Shown here one piece after another: positions 1 through 8,747 of a stretch of DNA of 64,000 bases. Every line of letters begins with the position of its first letter. Within the stretch, counting starts at the first letter, position 1. The position numbers and the translations under genes were made by a program. Source of the stretch: a virus. The notes beneath the pieces were generated by a model that made no database searches, was not told the origin of the DNA, and saw only the letters and a program-made list of their open reading frames with translations. The DNA is taken from the IMG/VR virus record IMGVR_UViG_3300029787_000005, positions 32,001 to 96,000 of that record. One strand, written 5' to 3'.

Positions 1-696
1 TATGTCGTCCACTCCAAATTCAAAACTTGTAAACGACTCAATGTTATTTAGTATCTTTTGAAACTGCTTCAAACCATTTTTATCTTGCTCAAGAGTTAAG
101 TCCGTTTGTCTGTAATCACCACAAAATATAATCCTACAGTTCTCACCTACTCTGGTTATAAGACTATCAAGTTCGTGGAAGTTCATGTTGTTCATTTCAT
201 CTACAACAATAACACAGTTGCGAAATGTAGTACCTCTGACAAAACTTGTTGTGATAAACTCTACCATATTCTTGTTGGATAGTATATCATATGCATCACC
301 ACGTCCATATAACTCACTGGCTATCTGCCTATATGGCTCTGAATAAACCGCAGATTTCTGCTGCCAATTGCCAGGCAAAAACCCCATGTCTCTTGTGGGA
401 ACTACCGATCTAACAATGTATACTTTCTGAGGTCCATCACCAAGAGGGTTATTCTGTATCTCATTCAATGCAAGATACATTGAAAGAAAAGTCTTACCTG
501 TACCTGCCATACCATGTAACACTAAGTGGTTACCAGACTCATATGCATCCAAGACCTGTTCTTGAGTATCAGTTAGATCAAAGGCACTTTCAATATCAAT
601 AAGATTGAACTTACCTTGTCGGACTTCATTGTGTTCATCCAACAGCCCATCTTGACGTAGCATACGCTTCTGACGCTTAGTTAATCTACGAGCCAT
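1..696 (-). CDS. phoH: PhoH-family ATPase (runs off the left edge)
   Basis: Translated by hand from ATG at 696 (MARRLTKRQKRMLR...). Contains Walker A GNHLVLHGMAGTGKTF, the PhoH signature MGFLPG, RGTTF and VVDEMNN. Absent from the ORF track because the stop lies outside the window. Confidence 0.92.
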   Translation of the reverse strand, partial: MARRLTKRQKRMLRQDGLLDEHNEVRQGKFNLIDIESAFDLTDTQEQVLDAYESGNHLVLHGMAGTGKTFLSMYLALNEIQNNPLGDGPQKVYIVRSVVPTRDMGFLPGNWQQKSAVYSEPYRQIASELYGRGDAYDILSNKNMVEFITTSFVRGTTFRNCVIVVDEMNNMNFHELDSLITRVGENCRIIFCGDYRQTDLTLEQDKNGLKQFQKILNNIESFTSFEFGVDDI

Positions 697-697
697 A

Positions 698-925
698 TCA
701 AATATCAATCGTATTACCGGCGCCAGATCCTTTTTTAACAGTCTTCAGAAGGTCTTTCCACCCTGAGTCTGTTTTGAAGCCTCCAACACCACCAATAATG
801 TTAGGAGCTGTTATTACTTTTCTTAGATGGGGATGTTGTACTAATAACTCTTGGAGCTCAGTATACTTCACATTTACATCATATGTTTTGTTTGTCTTGG
901 TGTCTTCGATAGTATAAGTTGGCAC
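698..925 (-). CDS. Small conserved phage protein, FmdB-like N-terminus
   Basis: 75 aa, MPTYT.ED start resembling FmdB-like small proteins of T4-like marine phages; abuts phoH. Confidence 0.55.
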   Translation of the reverse strand: MPTYTIEDTKTNKTYDVNVKYTELQELLVQHPHLRKVITAPNIIGGVGGFKTDSGWKDLLKTVKKGSGAGNTIDI

Positions 926-1092
926 TAGATTTCGTCTTCCATATCCATTATATATTGCACATCTTTTGTACGAAGAGCTGCATTTACTTTGTTTTTATTT
1001 TTACGAGCATTGATAGCTTTTTTGAACTTGAGAGATTTTTTCTCATCTCCTTCATCATATTCATAAGGGGATGACTTGTGGACGGGACTCAT
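925..1092 (-). CDS. Hypothetical protein, 55 aa
   Basis: Found by hand: MSPVHKSSPYEYDEG...MEDEI*. Its TAG overlaps the GTG of the next gene (TAGTG). Confidence 0.6.
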   Translation of the reverse strand: MSPVHKSSPYEYDEGDEKKSLKFKKAINARKNKNKVNAALRTKDVQYIMDMEDEI

Positions 1093-1101
1093 GTTAGCCT
1101 C

Positions 1102-1548
1102 CTATTTTGTTTGGATCTGGGGGAAAGCCTTTTCTACCACACCAGTGGATACACCTTTAATTGCTCCACTTTTCATTTCTAAAACTAACTTAGCATCCTT
1201 GGGGGCTATTGTTTCAAGGAGCTGTATAAACACTACCTCTCTTTTTGCTGGTTTGATATTTTCCAATACATTACCATCAACTGAAATGAAGTACTTCATC
1301 ATTCTCATCTTGCCTATAAGGGCACCTTCTAGATCTGTACCTTCACCATCTTCATTCACACCTTCAGCTGGTTTATATGGAGGCTCACCTTCTGGGAGCA
1401 ACCATTTGATACCTGGATTGTATGTCAGTTGTAGTAAGTCAATTAGTGCTGTAGATTCATTATTTTGTAGAATCTCAGACTTTATTTTAACGTTTTTAGA
1501 TTTCCTAACTTCGTCAATTATCTCATACAGAGCTTTAGTATAAGCCAT
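1102..1548 (-). CDS. Conserved hypothetical protein of T4-like phages
   Basis: 148 aa with LPEGEPPYKP and KREVVFIQLLE motifs; start overlaps the rnh stop. Confidence 0.65.
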   Translation of the reverse strand: MAYTKALYEIIDEVRKSKNVKIKSEILQNNESTALIDLLQLTYNPGIKWLLPEGEPPYKPAEGVNEDGEGTDLEGALIGKMRMMKYFISVDGNVLENIKPAKREVVFIQLLETIAPKDAKLVLEMKSGAIKGVSTGVVEKAFPQIQTK

Positions 1549-2423
1549 TAAAAATCACCTATGTTTTCTATTAATCCTTTAAGTTTCTTGTTGAGGAAAT
1601 ACGTATAGAGTTGATCACGTTTTGGTTCAAATTCCTCATTATATTGCTTCTTCACTTCATCTTTAATATAGTCTGGAATAAGAGACAAGTCAACGAGTCG
1701 TCTATTCCTATTCCAATTAGTTATGTGATCTGTATGATAGTTCTCTATTTCTTCAATATTTCTCATATCAACAAAAGTATTTAGTACTTTAGAACGCAAT
1801 GGCTTTTGTCTGCCATTGATAAAGCAATCATCTTTAGATAAGATGTTTGGTATACCATCACCTCGGTCACCCTTGGCAATGTGTTCAATTAAATACTTCT
1901 CAGGATTGTCATGCTTGATCCAACGCTTACGTACTGGGTCATACTGACTTACATTACTGTATTTGTGAAGCTGTATAAAGTCTTTATCACCAGACATTAT
2001 CAATACTGGCTTAGAGTGACCATTCATTAGATGAGAACCCTCAATGTCATGAATGATAGTAGCTATGAGATCATCTGCCTCAGCAGACTCAACTTGTATA
2101 ACTTTATATGGAAAGTACTCTCTTATCTCTTCTCTGATAGCATTCAAACACGAGAACAGATTACTCCAATCAAGATCAGATTCATTTCTTGCTTTCTTAC
2201 GATTGGCTTTGTAATATGGATATAGCTTTTTACGCCAGAAGTTCTTATCATCACAGCATATTACTAACTCACCATATTGTTCTGTAAATTTGTTTCTGTA
2301 TCCTCTGAGAGAATTCAGGACCATATGTCTAACTAGGTCTTCATTAAGTTCAACGTTATGGTGACTTCCTATCTGTGCCATCAAATTAGAAATCATCACT
2401 TGGTTCATATCAACTAAAATCAT
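1548..2423 (-). CDS. rnh: T4-like RNase H / 5'-3' exonuclease
   Basis: MILVDMNQ start, YKANRKK, EADDLIA, SGDKDFIQL and GDRGDGIPN motifs of the T4 RNase H family. Confidence 0.93.
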   Translation of the reverse strand: MILVDMNQVMISNLMAQIGSHHNVELNEDLVRHMVLNSLRGYRNKFTEQYGELVICCDDKNFWRKKLYPYYKANRKKARNESDLDWSNLFSCLNAIREEIREYFPYKVIQVESAEADDLIATIIHDIEGSHLMNGHSKPVLIMSGDKDFIQLHKYSNVSQYDPVRKRWIKHDNPEKYLIEHIAKGDRGDGIPNILSKDDCFINGRQKPLRSKVLNTFVDMRNIEEIENYHTDHITNWNRNRRLVDLSLIPDYIKDEVKKQYNEEFEPKRDQLYTYFLNKKLKGLIENIGDF

Positions 2424-2438
2424 AACTATTCCTTTGTG

Positions 2439-2780
2439 TTAGCCATCCTCTTCATCAAAATCTTCAAAGCTGATATCGGCATCTTTTAAGTTAATGATGT
2501 TTTGAGCAAACTCTTGTAGAGGATGTTTTTGCTCAAGAGATCTGCACATTGCAGACTTAATAGCTTCACTGATTAATACAAGATCATATTTTATATCAGT
2601 GCTGCTTCGAAGGTCAAACCCATGCGTTTCCAGTGATCTGAATACATCAAAAGCAAAGTCAGTAGCATGATCTTGTATGAACTTCTGTCTTATAGCTTCC
2701 GCATGAGCTTTGAGTTCAGCTTCATTTTGCGGAGGACGTAAACCAACTTTGTGTGTGGGAAATGCAATTACATTCGACAT
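2439..2780 (-). CDS. Hypothetical protein
   Basis: 113-aa ORF in the co-oriented cluster; MSNVIAFP start is common in phage proteins. Confidence 0.6.
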   Translation of the reverse strand: MSNVIAFPTHKVGLRPPQNEAELKAHAEAIRQKFIQDHATDFAFDVFRSLETHGFDLRSSTDIKYDLVLISEAIKSAMCRSLEQKHPLQEFAQNIINLKDADISFEDFDEEDG

Positions 2781-2807
2781 ATATAGCCCTCTAACATTGT
2801 TTACTTG

Positions 2808-3434
2808 TTATTTAGGCTTCTTTCGTGCCTTGGTTTTTCTCTTTACTTTTGTTTTTGTTTTAGGCTTTACGTCATCAAACTCAGGTATACCATAGTATTC
2901 ATCATTCATTTCTTGTGTCCAGAGACCAATATCTTGATACCATGTACCTACTTGACGTTTGACCATACCAATAAATGGATCGGCAGGATGCCAATGATAA
3001 GCATTGACTCTTACAATACTATTGATTCTGCCTTCCATATTCTCACCCCACCTAAAGTCCAACCACACTCCAGTACGGAGATATGATTGCATATTATGGA
3101 CATAGGTTTCGAGAATGTTAACCTCATTGTTTAGCTCTCTGTTCTTTTCATTGAGCTTGAGGCTTGCTTTTGCAGCCGCTAGTCTTTCTTGATTAGATCT
3201 GATCCACTTTCTCACAGTAGTGACATTTACTGGATCTTTATCATCTCTGCTTACAGAGTGATGTACAGACTTATGCTCAGAAGGACCTTTAGCTGCTCTA
3301 GCTTTAGCTAAACGCTCAGCACGTTCAGCTTTCTGTTCAGGAGTTAGTGGCTTCCTGATCTTGCGTATCTTCTTCTTGGGTGCCCCATCCTTCGGCAATG
3401 CTCGTGTCGATCTCTTTGCTAGTCGCATCTTCAT
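2808..3434 (-). CDS. Basic hypothetical protein (Lys/Arg-rich termini)
   Basis: 208 aa; ERLAKARAAK and YLRTGVWLD segments resemble a conserved T4-like marine phage hypothetical. Start position uncertain (overlap with the upstream gene). Confidence 0.6.
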   Translation of the reverse strand: MKMRLAKRSTRALPKDGAPKKKIRKIRKPLTPEQKAERAERLAKARAAKGPSEHKSVHHSVSRDDKDPVNVTTVRKWIRSNQERLAAAKASLKLNEKNRELNNEVNILETYVHNMQSYLRTGVWLDFRWGENMEGRINSIVRVNAYHWHPADPFIGMVKRQVGTWYQDIGLWTQEMNDEYYGIPEFDDVKPKTKTKVKRKTKARKKPK

Positions 3435-3594
3435 CTCGCTTTAAGTGTTGTGTCCATTGGAAGAAGTCCATCTTGGCTTCTTCAGGGGTCATGTCAAATC
3501 TATGTTCTAAGTGCCTAGGCGCTTCAAACATATTTACCTTCCCGGATGCTCTTAACTCATCCAGGAAGACAAATACTTCATTTCTTGATACCAT
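3337..3594 (-). CDS. Hypothetical protein
   Basis: 85 aa, FLDELRASGKVNMF motif; AGGAG RBS upstream at 3601-3605. Confidence 0.65.
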   Translation of the reverse strand: MVSRNEVFVFLDELRASGKVNMFEAPRHLEHRFDMTPEEAKMDFFQWTQHLKRDEDATSKEIDTSIAEGWGTQEEDTQDQEATNS

Positions 3595-3603
3595 TATGTA
3601 CTC

Positions 3604-3750
3604 CTAAGTGAAAGGGAATGTTACAATATTTATAACACCTTCCATAGCATATTGAGCCAAATCAACTGTGGTACCTATAATACCATATGCTGCCATAAAT
3701 GCCAAAGGAAGCGCAAAGAACACTCCACCTACTACTAATACAGTTTCCAT
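3604..3750 (-). CDS. Small membrane protein, 48 aa
   Basis: Found by hand: METVLVVGGVFFALPLAFMAAYGIIGTTVDLAQYAMEGVINIVTFPFT*; ATG overlaps the upstream stop. Confidence 0.55.
   Translation of the reverse strand: METVLVVGGVFFALPLAFMAAYGIIGTTVDLAQYAMEGVINIVTFPFT
3627..3634 (-). promoter_or_regulatory. T4-type late promoter (TATAAATA)
   Basis: Exact TATAAATA on the minus strand about 33 nt upstream of the 3594 start. Confidence 0.5.
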
Positions 3751-4067
3751 TATTTCATACTCCATTTTCCGTTTTCATAACACATTGCACCCTCAGTATC
3801 AGGAATAGACCTGCAAAACTTTTCATCAAAGTTTAGTTGTAATCCATTCTTTCTGATATCCTCAAAGCGCGCTTGCTGATGTTGTCTAGTCTTATAAAGA
3901 TCAATCAATTCCGTCTTATTGACAACGGTCTTACATGATATCATTTTACAAAAGATAGATCCACCAACTACACTAGCTGCAATAGAGAGCGGCTCAACAG
4001 CTTGAGCCGGACTTACTGCAATACTACTGGCCAGTATAAGACTTAATGACAGCTTGTTGTTCATCAT
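3750..4067 (-). CDS. Exported hypothetical protein
   Basis: ORF track 3750..4094; the likely start is 4067 (MMNNKLSLSLILASSIAVSPAQA, signal-peptide-like). Confidence 0.55.
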   Translation of the reverse strand: MMNNKLSLSLILASSIAVSPAQAVEPLSIAASVVGGSIFCKMISCKTVVNKTELIDLYKTRQHQQARFEDIRKNGLQLNFDEKFCRSIPDTEGAMCYENGKWSMK

Positions 4068-4689
4068 TCTTCTCCTTCTTGGATGCAGCAACATTCTTAT
4101 CTAACTCTTTAAATGCAGTGTTAGATCGGATCTTAGCCATCAACATCCTATCTTTCTTGAGACGATTCATGAGAACTTTACTAGCTTCCTCATCGTTATA
4201 CTTCAGTAGTACATAAGCTCGGAACTGATTACCAGCAGACTGTACAACATTCTCAACTAAGCTGTAGCCAGAGACATCAGTATCAGCAACTAGATTCTTA
4301 GTCACTCTTTCGAGCTCATTTATCACAGAGGTGTCTACAGCTGTAGAACCAACCTTAGCAATAAAGTTTTTAGTCTGAGATCTCAACTGACTCTGAAACC
4401 TATCAGCCAGAGTAGTCTTAGCCATTAGTATAGCCATATCAACAGACAATTGTAGATCTGGTGTAGCAGAAGTACCTACAGCATATATACTATCTTCAGA
4501 CTTAGGCATTTTCAGATACCAATCAGGGATCTTATCAACCTGTTCCTTATTAGCTTTCACATTATATGCATACAGAGCTTTAGCTCCATAAGGCGGTGTA
4601 TCTTCCAAACTAGATATGTTTGTAGATCCACAAGCAGTTAAGCCTAACAGACCCAACCCAGTTACACCAATCTTAATCGACCTATTCAT
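4024..4689 (-). CDS. Lipoprotein, LPP20-like
   Basis: Lipobox LTAC after a hydrophobic stretch; IPDWY and IYAVGTS segments typical of LPP20-like lipoproteins. Confidence 0.65.
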   Translation of the reverse strand: MNRSIKIGVTGLGLLGLTACGSTNISSLEDTPPYGAKALYAYNVKANKEQVDKIPDWYLKMPKSEDSIYAVGTSATPDLQLSVDMAILMAKTTLADRFQSQLRSQTKNFIAKVGSTAVDTSVINELERVTKNLVADTDVSGYSLVENVVQSAGNQFRAYVLLKYNDEEASKVLMNRLKKDRMLMAKIRSNTAFKELDKNVAASKKEKNDEQQAVIKSYTGQ

Positions 4690-5132
4690 TATGAACTCCC
4701 TTCACGCAGGCCTTTGAAAAATCCTCTAAAGAACGCCTTAGTGTTCCATCGAGGTACTCGCTTACCTTTATAGTCTATCAAAAGCGGATCTTTGTCAACA
4801 GGTCCTAATAATACTACTTTCTGTACTGGTTCTACAGGAGCAGCCTTAGGTACCTTAGCAACTACAACAGGCTTTTGACGTTCTTCAATGTAGTCGAGTC
4901 TATTTTGGACTTCTCGCAATGTTGATTCTAACTTTCTTGTTCTTTCAAGAGCATTAGCATCAAAGCCACAGTCCGCAGTAATCTTGCTAGTGAGAATCTC
5001 CTTACCATTCTTATCTGTTGTGACAGTGGTAGTTTTTCTCACATTACAAGGATCAGGTCCAGCAGCCATTGCTTCAGTGCTCATCAGAGCAACTGAAGCG
5101 GCTACTAGAACAATTTTAGGAAGCATATTCAA
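4689..5132 (-). CDS. Exported hypothetical protein
   Basis: N-terminal signal-peptide-like LPKIVLVAASVALMSTEAMA, two Cys and a coiled-coil segment. Confidence 0.55.
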   Translation of the reverse strand: MNMLPKIVLVAASVALMSTEAMAAGPDPCNVRKTTTVTTDKNGKEILTSKITADCGFDANALERTRKLESTLREVQNRLDYIEERQKPVVVAKVPKAAPVEPVQKVVLLGPVDKDPLLIDYKGKRVPRWNTKAFFRGFFKGLREGSS

Positions 5133-6066
5133 GAGCTTTCTCTAAAGCACGAGTCTTTAGCTGCTTGTTAGATCCGTAGAAGTTAGAGATCAAACGAGAC
5201 TCTTGAGACTTACCGATCTCATGATCGACTAAGTAAGTAGCAGCATTAAGAGCCTGCCACCATGTACCTTTAGCATATTCTGCTCCAGGCTGTGTCTCAA
5301 GTACTTCAAAAGCTCTCAAAGCATTCTTAGAAGACTTCTTATCTTCTGTCTTCTTAGAGTAGCCAGGAAACACTTCATCGAAGTAGTCTGCTACAATTTC
5401 ATCCTTGTAAGACCTAGTGCCTAAGAACTGAGCCATTGATTTGAAGGATTCCATTTTATCAGCAGCTAGACCAAGAAGTTCTTTAGCTAGATCAGCATCA
5501 AAAGCACGACGATGATTGAATCGAACCTTATTCTTAGAAGGACCTTGTAGTGCAACATTTATAGTATTGTTACATACAACCCTAGTAAGAGTTTGTTGGA
5601 TATCAATTCCACGACCATAAATGTGTGGGTTAGAGAAAAGTAGATATCCTTCGATGGAATCACCACCGAACAACTCAAAGGTATCAGTCATCTTAGCCAA
5701 AGCCCAGACCCACTGTCCACCTTTCAATGAACCAGCAGTTTCCATTCTCATGGCTCCAACTTCACAGAACTCATTAAAGAACTCGAAAGCCTCAGAATTC
5801 TGTACTGGATTCCAATCACCAGTGATAATTGTAAGAGGCTTAGCATCAGTCTCACGAATCAGCATCTTATGACCTGACTCAATTCGATTGCCATTGAACT
5901 CTGCATACACAGGACGCTCAATAACATCCCAATCAAGACCAGCAGCTTTTTGAAATTCTGCAGGACTAAGATTCTCTTCAACCTTAACACCTAGACCATG
6001 CCATGGAACTTCTCCAGTGTAGGCCATTTGTGCTTCGCCATTTACTACTTCTAAATTATGTGACAT
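5116..6066 (-). CDS. DUF932/DUF945-family protein (LGT_TIGR03299-like)
   Basis: MAYTGEVPWHGLG, AGLDWDV, VQNSEAFEFF, ETAGSLKGG, RVVCNNT and GTWWQALNA motifs; GGAG RBS upstream. Confidence 0.85.
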   Translation of the reverse strand: MSHNLEVVNGEAQMAYTGEVPWHGLGVKVEENLSPAEFQKAAGLDWDVIERPVYAEFNGNRIESGHKMLIRETDAKPLTIITGDWNPVQNSEAFEFFNEFCEVGAMRMETAGSLKGGQWVWALAKMTDTFELFGGDSIEGYLLFSNPHIYGRGIDIQQTLTRVVCNNTINVALQGPSKNKVRFNHRRAFDADLAKELLGLAADKMESFKSMAQFLGTRSYKDEIVADYFDEVFPGYSKKTEDKKSSKNALRAFEVLETQPGAEYAKGTWWQALNAATYLVDHEIGKSQESRLISNFYGSNKQLKTRALEKALEYAS

Positions 6067-6097
6067 TTAAGTCTCCTATCTGTGTTTTCATTCTCTT

Positions 6098-6125
6098 ATT
6101 ATACACGTTATTCACTTTCGGTCAA
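6098..6125 (-). promoter_or_regulatory. sigma70-type early promoter
   Basis: TTGACC-16 nt-TATAAT on the minus strand upstream of the DUF932 gene. Confidence 0.7.
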
Positions 6126-6134
6126 CAGCTAAAT

Positions 6135-6545
6135 CTACTCCCTCCATTCTTTTTCAAAAACTTCAAGAAGAGCAGCATTGCACTCCTTACCATAATCGGT
6201 AAAGAGAACACCGTGCTCCCAGAAGAAGTGATCGATGTCTTGTGAATGGTCGATTTGACGACCATCCTGAATCAACCACCTAAGAGCGGTGATCTCATCA
6301 CCAGCACCATTCTCAATGGTGCGAGCAATAAGCCGCTTGAACTCAACAAGCTGCTGAGCTTCATGGTCAGCAGCAGCTTGGTCTGCCTCTTCCATCTCAG
6401 CAATGAGACCGTCCCAGATGGCTTGCTTGCCATCATTGTCGGCATTGTCCCACTTATCGCAGAACCAGTTACCAGGACGAGGACGAAATCCTCGTGCTTC
6501 TTTGTGAAGGTCTGAAATAATGGTCTCATCAAATGTATATGTCAT
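6135..6545 (-). CDS. Early hypothetical protein
   Basis: ORF track 6135..6560; the likely start is 6545 (MTYTFDET) after GAGGAG. Contains SDLHKEARGFRPR. Confidence 0.7.
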   Translation of the reverse strand: MTYTFDETIISDLHKEARGFRPRPGNWFCDKWDNADNDGKQAIWDGLIAEMEEADQAAADHEAQQLVEFKRLIARTIENGAGDEITALRWLIQDGRQIDHSQDIDHFFWEHGVLFTDYGKECNAALLEVFEKEWRE

Positions 6546-6569
6546 ATCTGCTCTCCTCATTATTAATAT

Positions 6570-6598
6570 AGTATACTACCGATTATCAAAAAGGTCAA
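6570..6598 (-). promoter_or_regulatory. sigma70-type early promoter (leftward)
   Basis: TTGACC-17 nt-TATACT on the minus strand. Confidence 0.8.
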
Positions 6599-6643
6599 CA
6601 CTAAAAAACAATTATTTTAAAAAAAAGTTTTTGAAAAAAGTTG

Positions 6644-6672
6644 TTGACCCTGTTTCAATTATGATGTATACT
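6644..6672 (+). promoter_or_regulatory. sigma70-type early promoter (rightward)
   Basis: TTGACC-17 nt-TATACT with an extended -10 TG, preceded by A/T tracts (UP-element-like). Confidence 0.8.
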
Positions 6673-6692
6673 AAGGTATGAGAGGAAATCAA

Positions 6693-6842
6693 ATGAAATA
6701 TAACTTCGAAGATCACCATGAAATTCCACACACATTAGCTAGTTACATTGTAATGTGTGCGGATGCGCATTCAGTTCATCAGATTCCACTAGATGAAATA
6801 AATGAGTTCTTAAACGAGATGGAGGAGCATTTCTATGAGTAA
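6693..6842 (+). CDS. Small early protein, 49 aa
   Basis: Found by hand: MKYNFEDHHEIPHTLASYIVMCAD...MEEHFYE*, with GAGG RBS directly after the promoter. Confidence 0.6.
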   Translation: MKYNFEDHHEIPHTLASYIVMCADAHSVHQIPLDEINEFLNEMEEHFYE

Positions 6843-7077
6843 ACGACCTTTAGAGTTCAAAATTGACGTTCTTGCAATGTATGAGAACAACTATATCACA
6901 GCAAAGCAGGCTTTCAGGATTGCTTGTAAAAAGTTCAATCAGAAGCCTTCTGGATGCATGACTAAATACGCTGGAAGCTATATTAGAGACTACCAGAACG
7001 AGATCAAAGCTAAATTGTTCGATAAAGATGGCCGAACAATGCTGCTATGTAAAGAGAATGGATTGTATGGGTTTTAA
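6835..7077 (+). CDS. Hypothetical protein
   Basis: 80 aa with GGAGGAG RBS; overlaps both neighbours. Confidence 0.6.
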   Translation: MSKRPLEFKIDVLAMYENNYITAKQAFRIACKKFNQKPSGCMTKYAGSYIRDYQNEIKAKLFDKDGRTMLLCKENGLYGF

Positions 7078-8104
7078 GTTTTACAAAAAAGATATCCCAG
7101 ACTGTGATACAGTTGACTCTTTCATCAGACGAGAAACTGATATTGAAGAAAGAGTCAACCACGTAAAAAGAGCCTGGGCATGGCCACATAAGATATACAG
7201 ACTGGAAATGAATCTTCCAGTCAGTAACTTACAGACTGCTGTTGAAGCAGCTTTTGGTATGTATGGGTGGCATGGATTCTTGATAGCAAACTTTGGTGAA
7301 GGATACGGAGCATCAGATCTCCGTAGCCAAAGACTTGGTGGATTATCTATTACATACAACCCAGATTTCAAACAATCAGATATCAATATAAACTGTCAGA
7401 CACTAGGTAACAGGAAGTTCAATCTTCCACCAGAGATGTATGCTGGTAAAAGAGGCAATGAGATATTTGAACAAGTCAATATAAAAGACTTGCGTGTTGA
7501 GTTCTTTGACAAAGTAAACAATCACGGAGCTGGTGAAGCCTGGGACTTTTTATACAGTAAAGATATAATCACACATGAGGTGTGGTCAAAAGAGAGACCT
7601 TATTATCATCAATGGAAGTATAATCCAGCCGCAAAGAACCAAACCGGTAAGAACACCTATAGCGATGCTCTCGGATTTAATAGATTGACACCGGCTTGTG
7701 AATCTGGCTACCTTGGGGAAGTGTTCAGTCAGATACCTAGAACAATAGTTCGCGGTCGTATTGTGGAGATGAAGTCTGGTGATTTGCATTGGCATCGTGA
7801 CGAATCCTTCTATATGAACTTTCGTATTAACATTCCTTTGTACTTGGATAAAACAGCATACATAGCAACTGAAGATGAACAAATGCTTATGCATCCTGGC
7901 TATATGTATCATTTTGATACGGGACAACCGCATGCTGTTATAAGAAAAAAAGGTAAAATAACCAAAAGAATTAACATTATTTTGGGTGTCAGTCCTTGGT
8001 TTGATTGGAATGATGAAGACCAATCTTGGGAACAGAATGAGTTCTATGGAAAGATACATCCAGTAGAAATGTTTCATGAAGGATTGCTTGTTGACTTTGT
8101 ATGA
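7067..8104 (+). CDS. Fe(II)/2OG oxygenase, aspartyl/asparaginyl beta-hydroxylase-like C-terminal domain
   Basis: ORF track 7028..8104, probable start 7067. WHRDE (HxD), RINIPL, FDTGQPHAV (distal His) and RINIILG double-stranded beta-helix motifs. Confidence 0.65.
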   Translation: MGFKFYKKDIPDCDTVDSFIRRETDIEERVNHVKRAWAWPHKIYRLEMNLPVSNLQTAVEAAFGMYGWHGFLIANFGEGYGASDLRSQRLGGLSITYNPDFKQSDININCQTLGNRKFNLPPEMYAGKRGNEIFEQVNIKDLRVEFFDKVNNHGAGEAWDFLYSKDIITHEVWSKERPYYHQWKYNPAAKNQTGKNTYSDALGFNRLTPACESGYLGEVFSQIPRTIVRGRIVEMKSGDLHWHRDESFYMNFRINIPLYLDKTAYIATEDEQMLMHPGYMYHFDTGQPHAVIRKKGKITKRINIILGVSPWFDWNDEDQSWEQNEFYGKIHPVEMFHEGLLVDFV

Positions 8105-8113
8105 TATGTAATG

Positions 8114-8121
8114 TATAAATA
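8114..8121 (+). promoter_or_regulatory. T4-type late promoter upstream of the tmRNA
   Basis: Exact TATAAATA. Confidence 0.65.
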
Positions 8122-8127
8122 TAACGT

Positions 8128-8380
8128 AATGTTGAAGAGGAGCAAAAGCTATGCAGGACCAGGGTGCAAATCCCTGCACCTCCACCAAAAGTTCATCATG
8201 GTGAATTTCTGGGGGGTGTGTTAGGATCGACTGGTAGTAAATAGCAAATTGGAGTTACGAGGTTGATCGCTTAATAGATCAAAAAAGTAAATGCTAACGA
8301 TAATGTAGCATCTGATAATTTTGCTCTTGCAGCATAATTGATCGGGGTCCGGAGGTACCTGGCAACAGAAACCTCCACTT
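8128..8380 (+). ncRNA. ssrA: Permuted two-piece tmRNA (alphaproteobacterial type), tag ANDNVASDNFALAA
   Basis: T-arm CAGGG-TGCAAAT-CCCTG and 3' acceptor CACCTCC-ACCA (8177-8187) come before the 5' acceptor GGGGGTG (8212-8218), giving a G3:U alanine pair. Tag ORF 8293-8337 ends ALAA*, followed by GGTACCTGGCAACAGAAACC. The outer ends are approximate. Confidence 0.92.
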
Positions 8381-8396
8381 AATTAGGAGGAGAGAT

Positions 8397-8747
8397 ATGG
8401 TAGCAAGTCCAATAGAACTAACAGACAGCGCTAAAAATTATCTTCAAGACGCAGCTATAAATAGTGGCAAACAGTATGTCTGGTTTGGTGTAGAAGGTGG
8501 AGGATGTAGTGGATTTCAATACGCTTGGAAGTTTATTGATGATCCAGATCCTTCAGATTATAAAATGAATATTGGTAATGATCCATCTGACATGAGAGAA
8601 CTGTTCTTTGTAATTGATGTAGTTAGTGAGATGCATGTACTTGGTTCAACAATTGATTATGTTCAAGAACTTGGTGGTTCATTTCTCAAAGTTATTAATC
8701 CTTTGGCAACAGCAGGTTGTGGATGTGGAGAGAGCTTTAGTGTATGA
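8397..8747 (+). CDS. iscA: IscA/HesB Fe-S cluster assembly accessory protein
   Basis: IELTDSA, GGGCSGFQY, GSTIDY and NP...CGCGESF motifs; AGGAGG RBS. Confidence 0.92.
   Translation: MVASPIELTDSAKNYLQDAAINSGKQYVWFGVEGGGCSGFQYAWKFIDDPDPSDYKMNIGNDPSDMRELFFVIDVVSEMHVLGSTIDYVQELGGSFLKVINPLATAGCGCGESFSV

Noticed and set aside
3337-3434. 98-nt overlap between two minus-strand genes as deliberate overprinting
   Set aside because: The start of the downstream gene is uncertain and both overlapping segments are low complexity; this cannot be supported from sequence alone.
7586-8188. 200-aa minus-strand ORF
   Set aside because: Antisense to the oxygenase gene and the tmRNA acceptor piece, with no recognisable motifs.
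8150-8220. Stand-alone tRNA-Ala
   Set aside because: There is no anticodon arm and the acceptor halves are in permuted order; it is explained as tmRNA.
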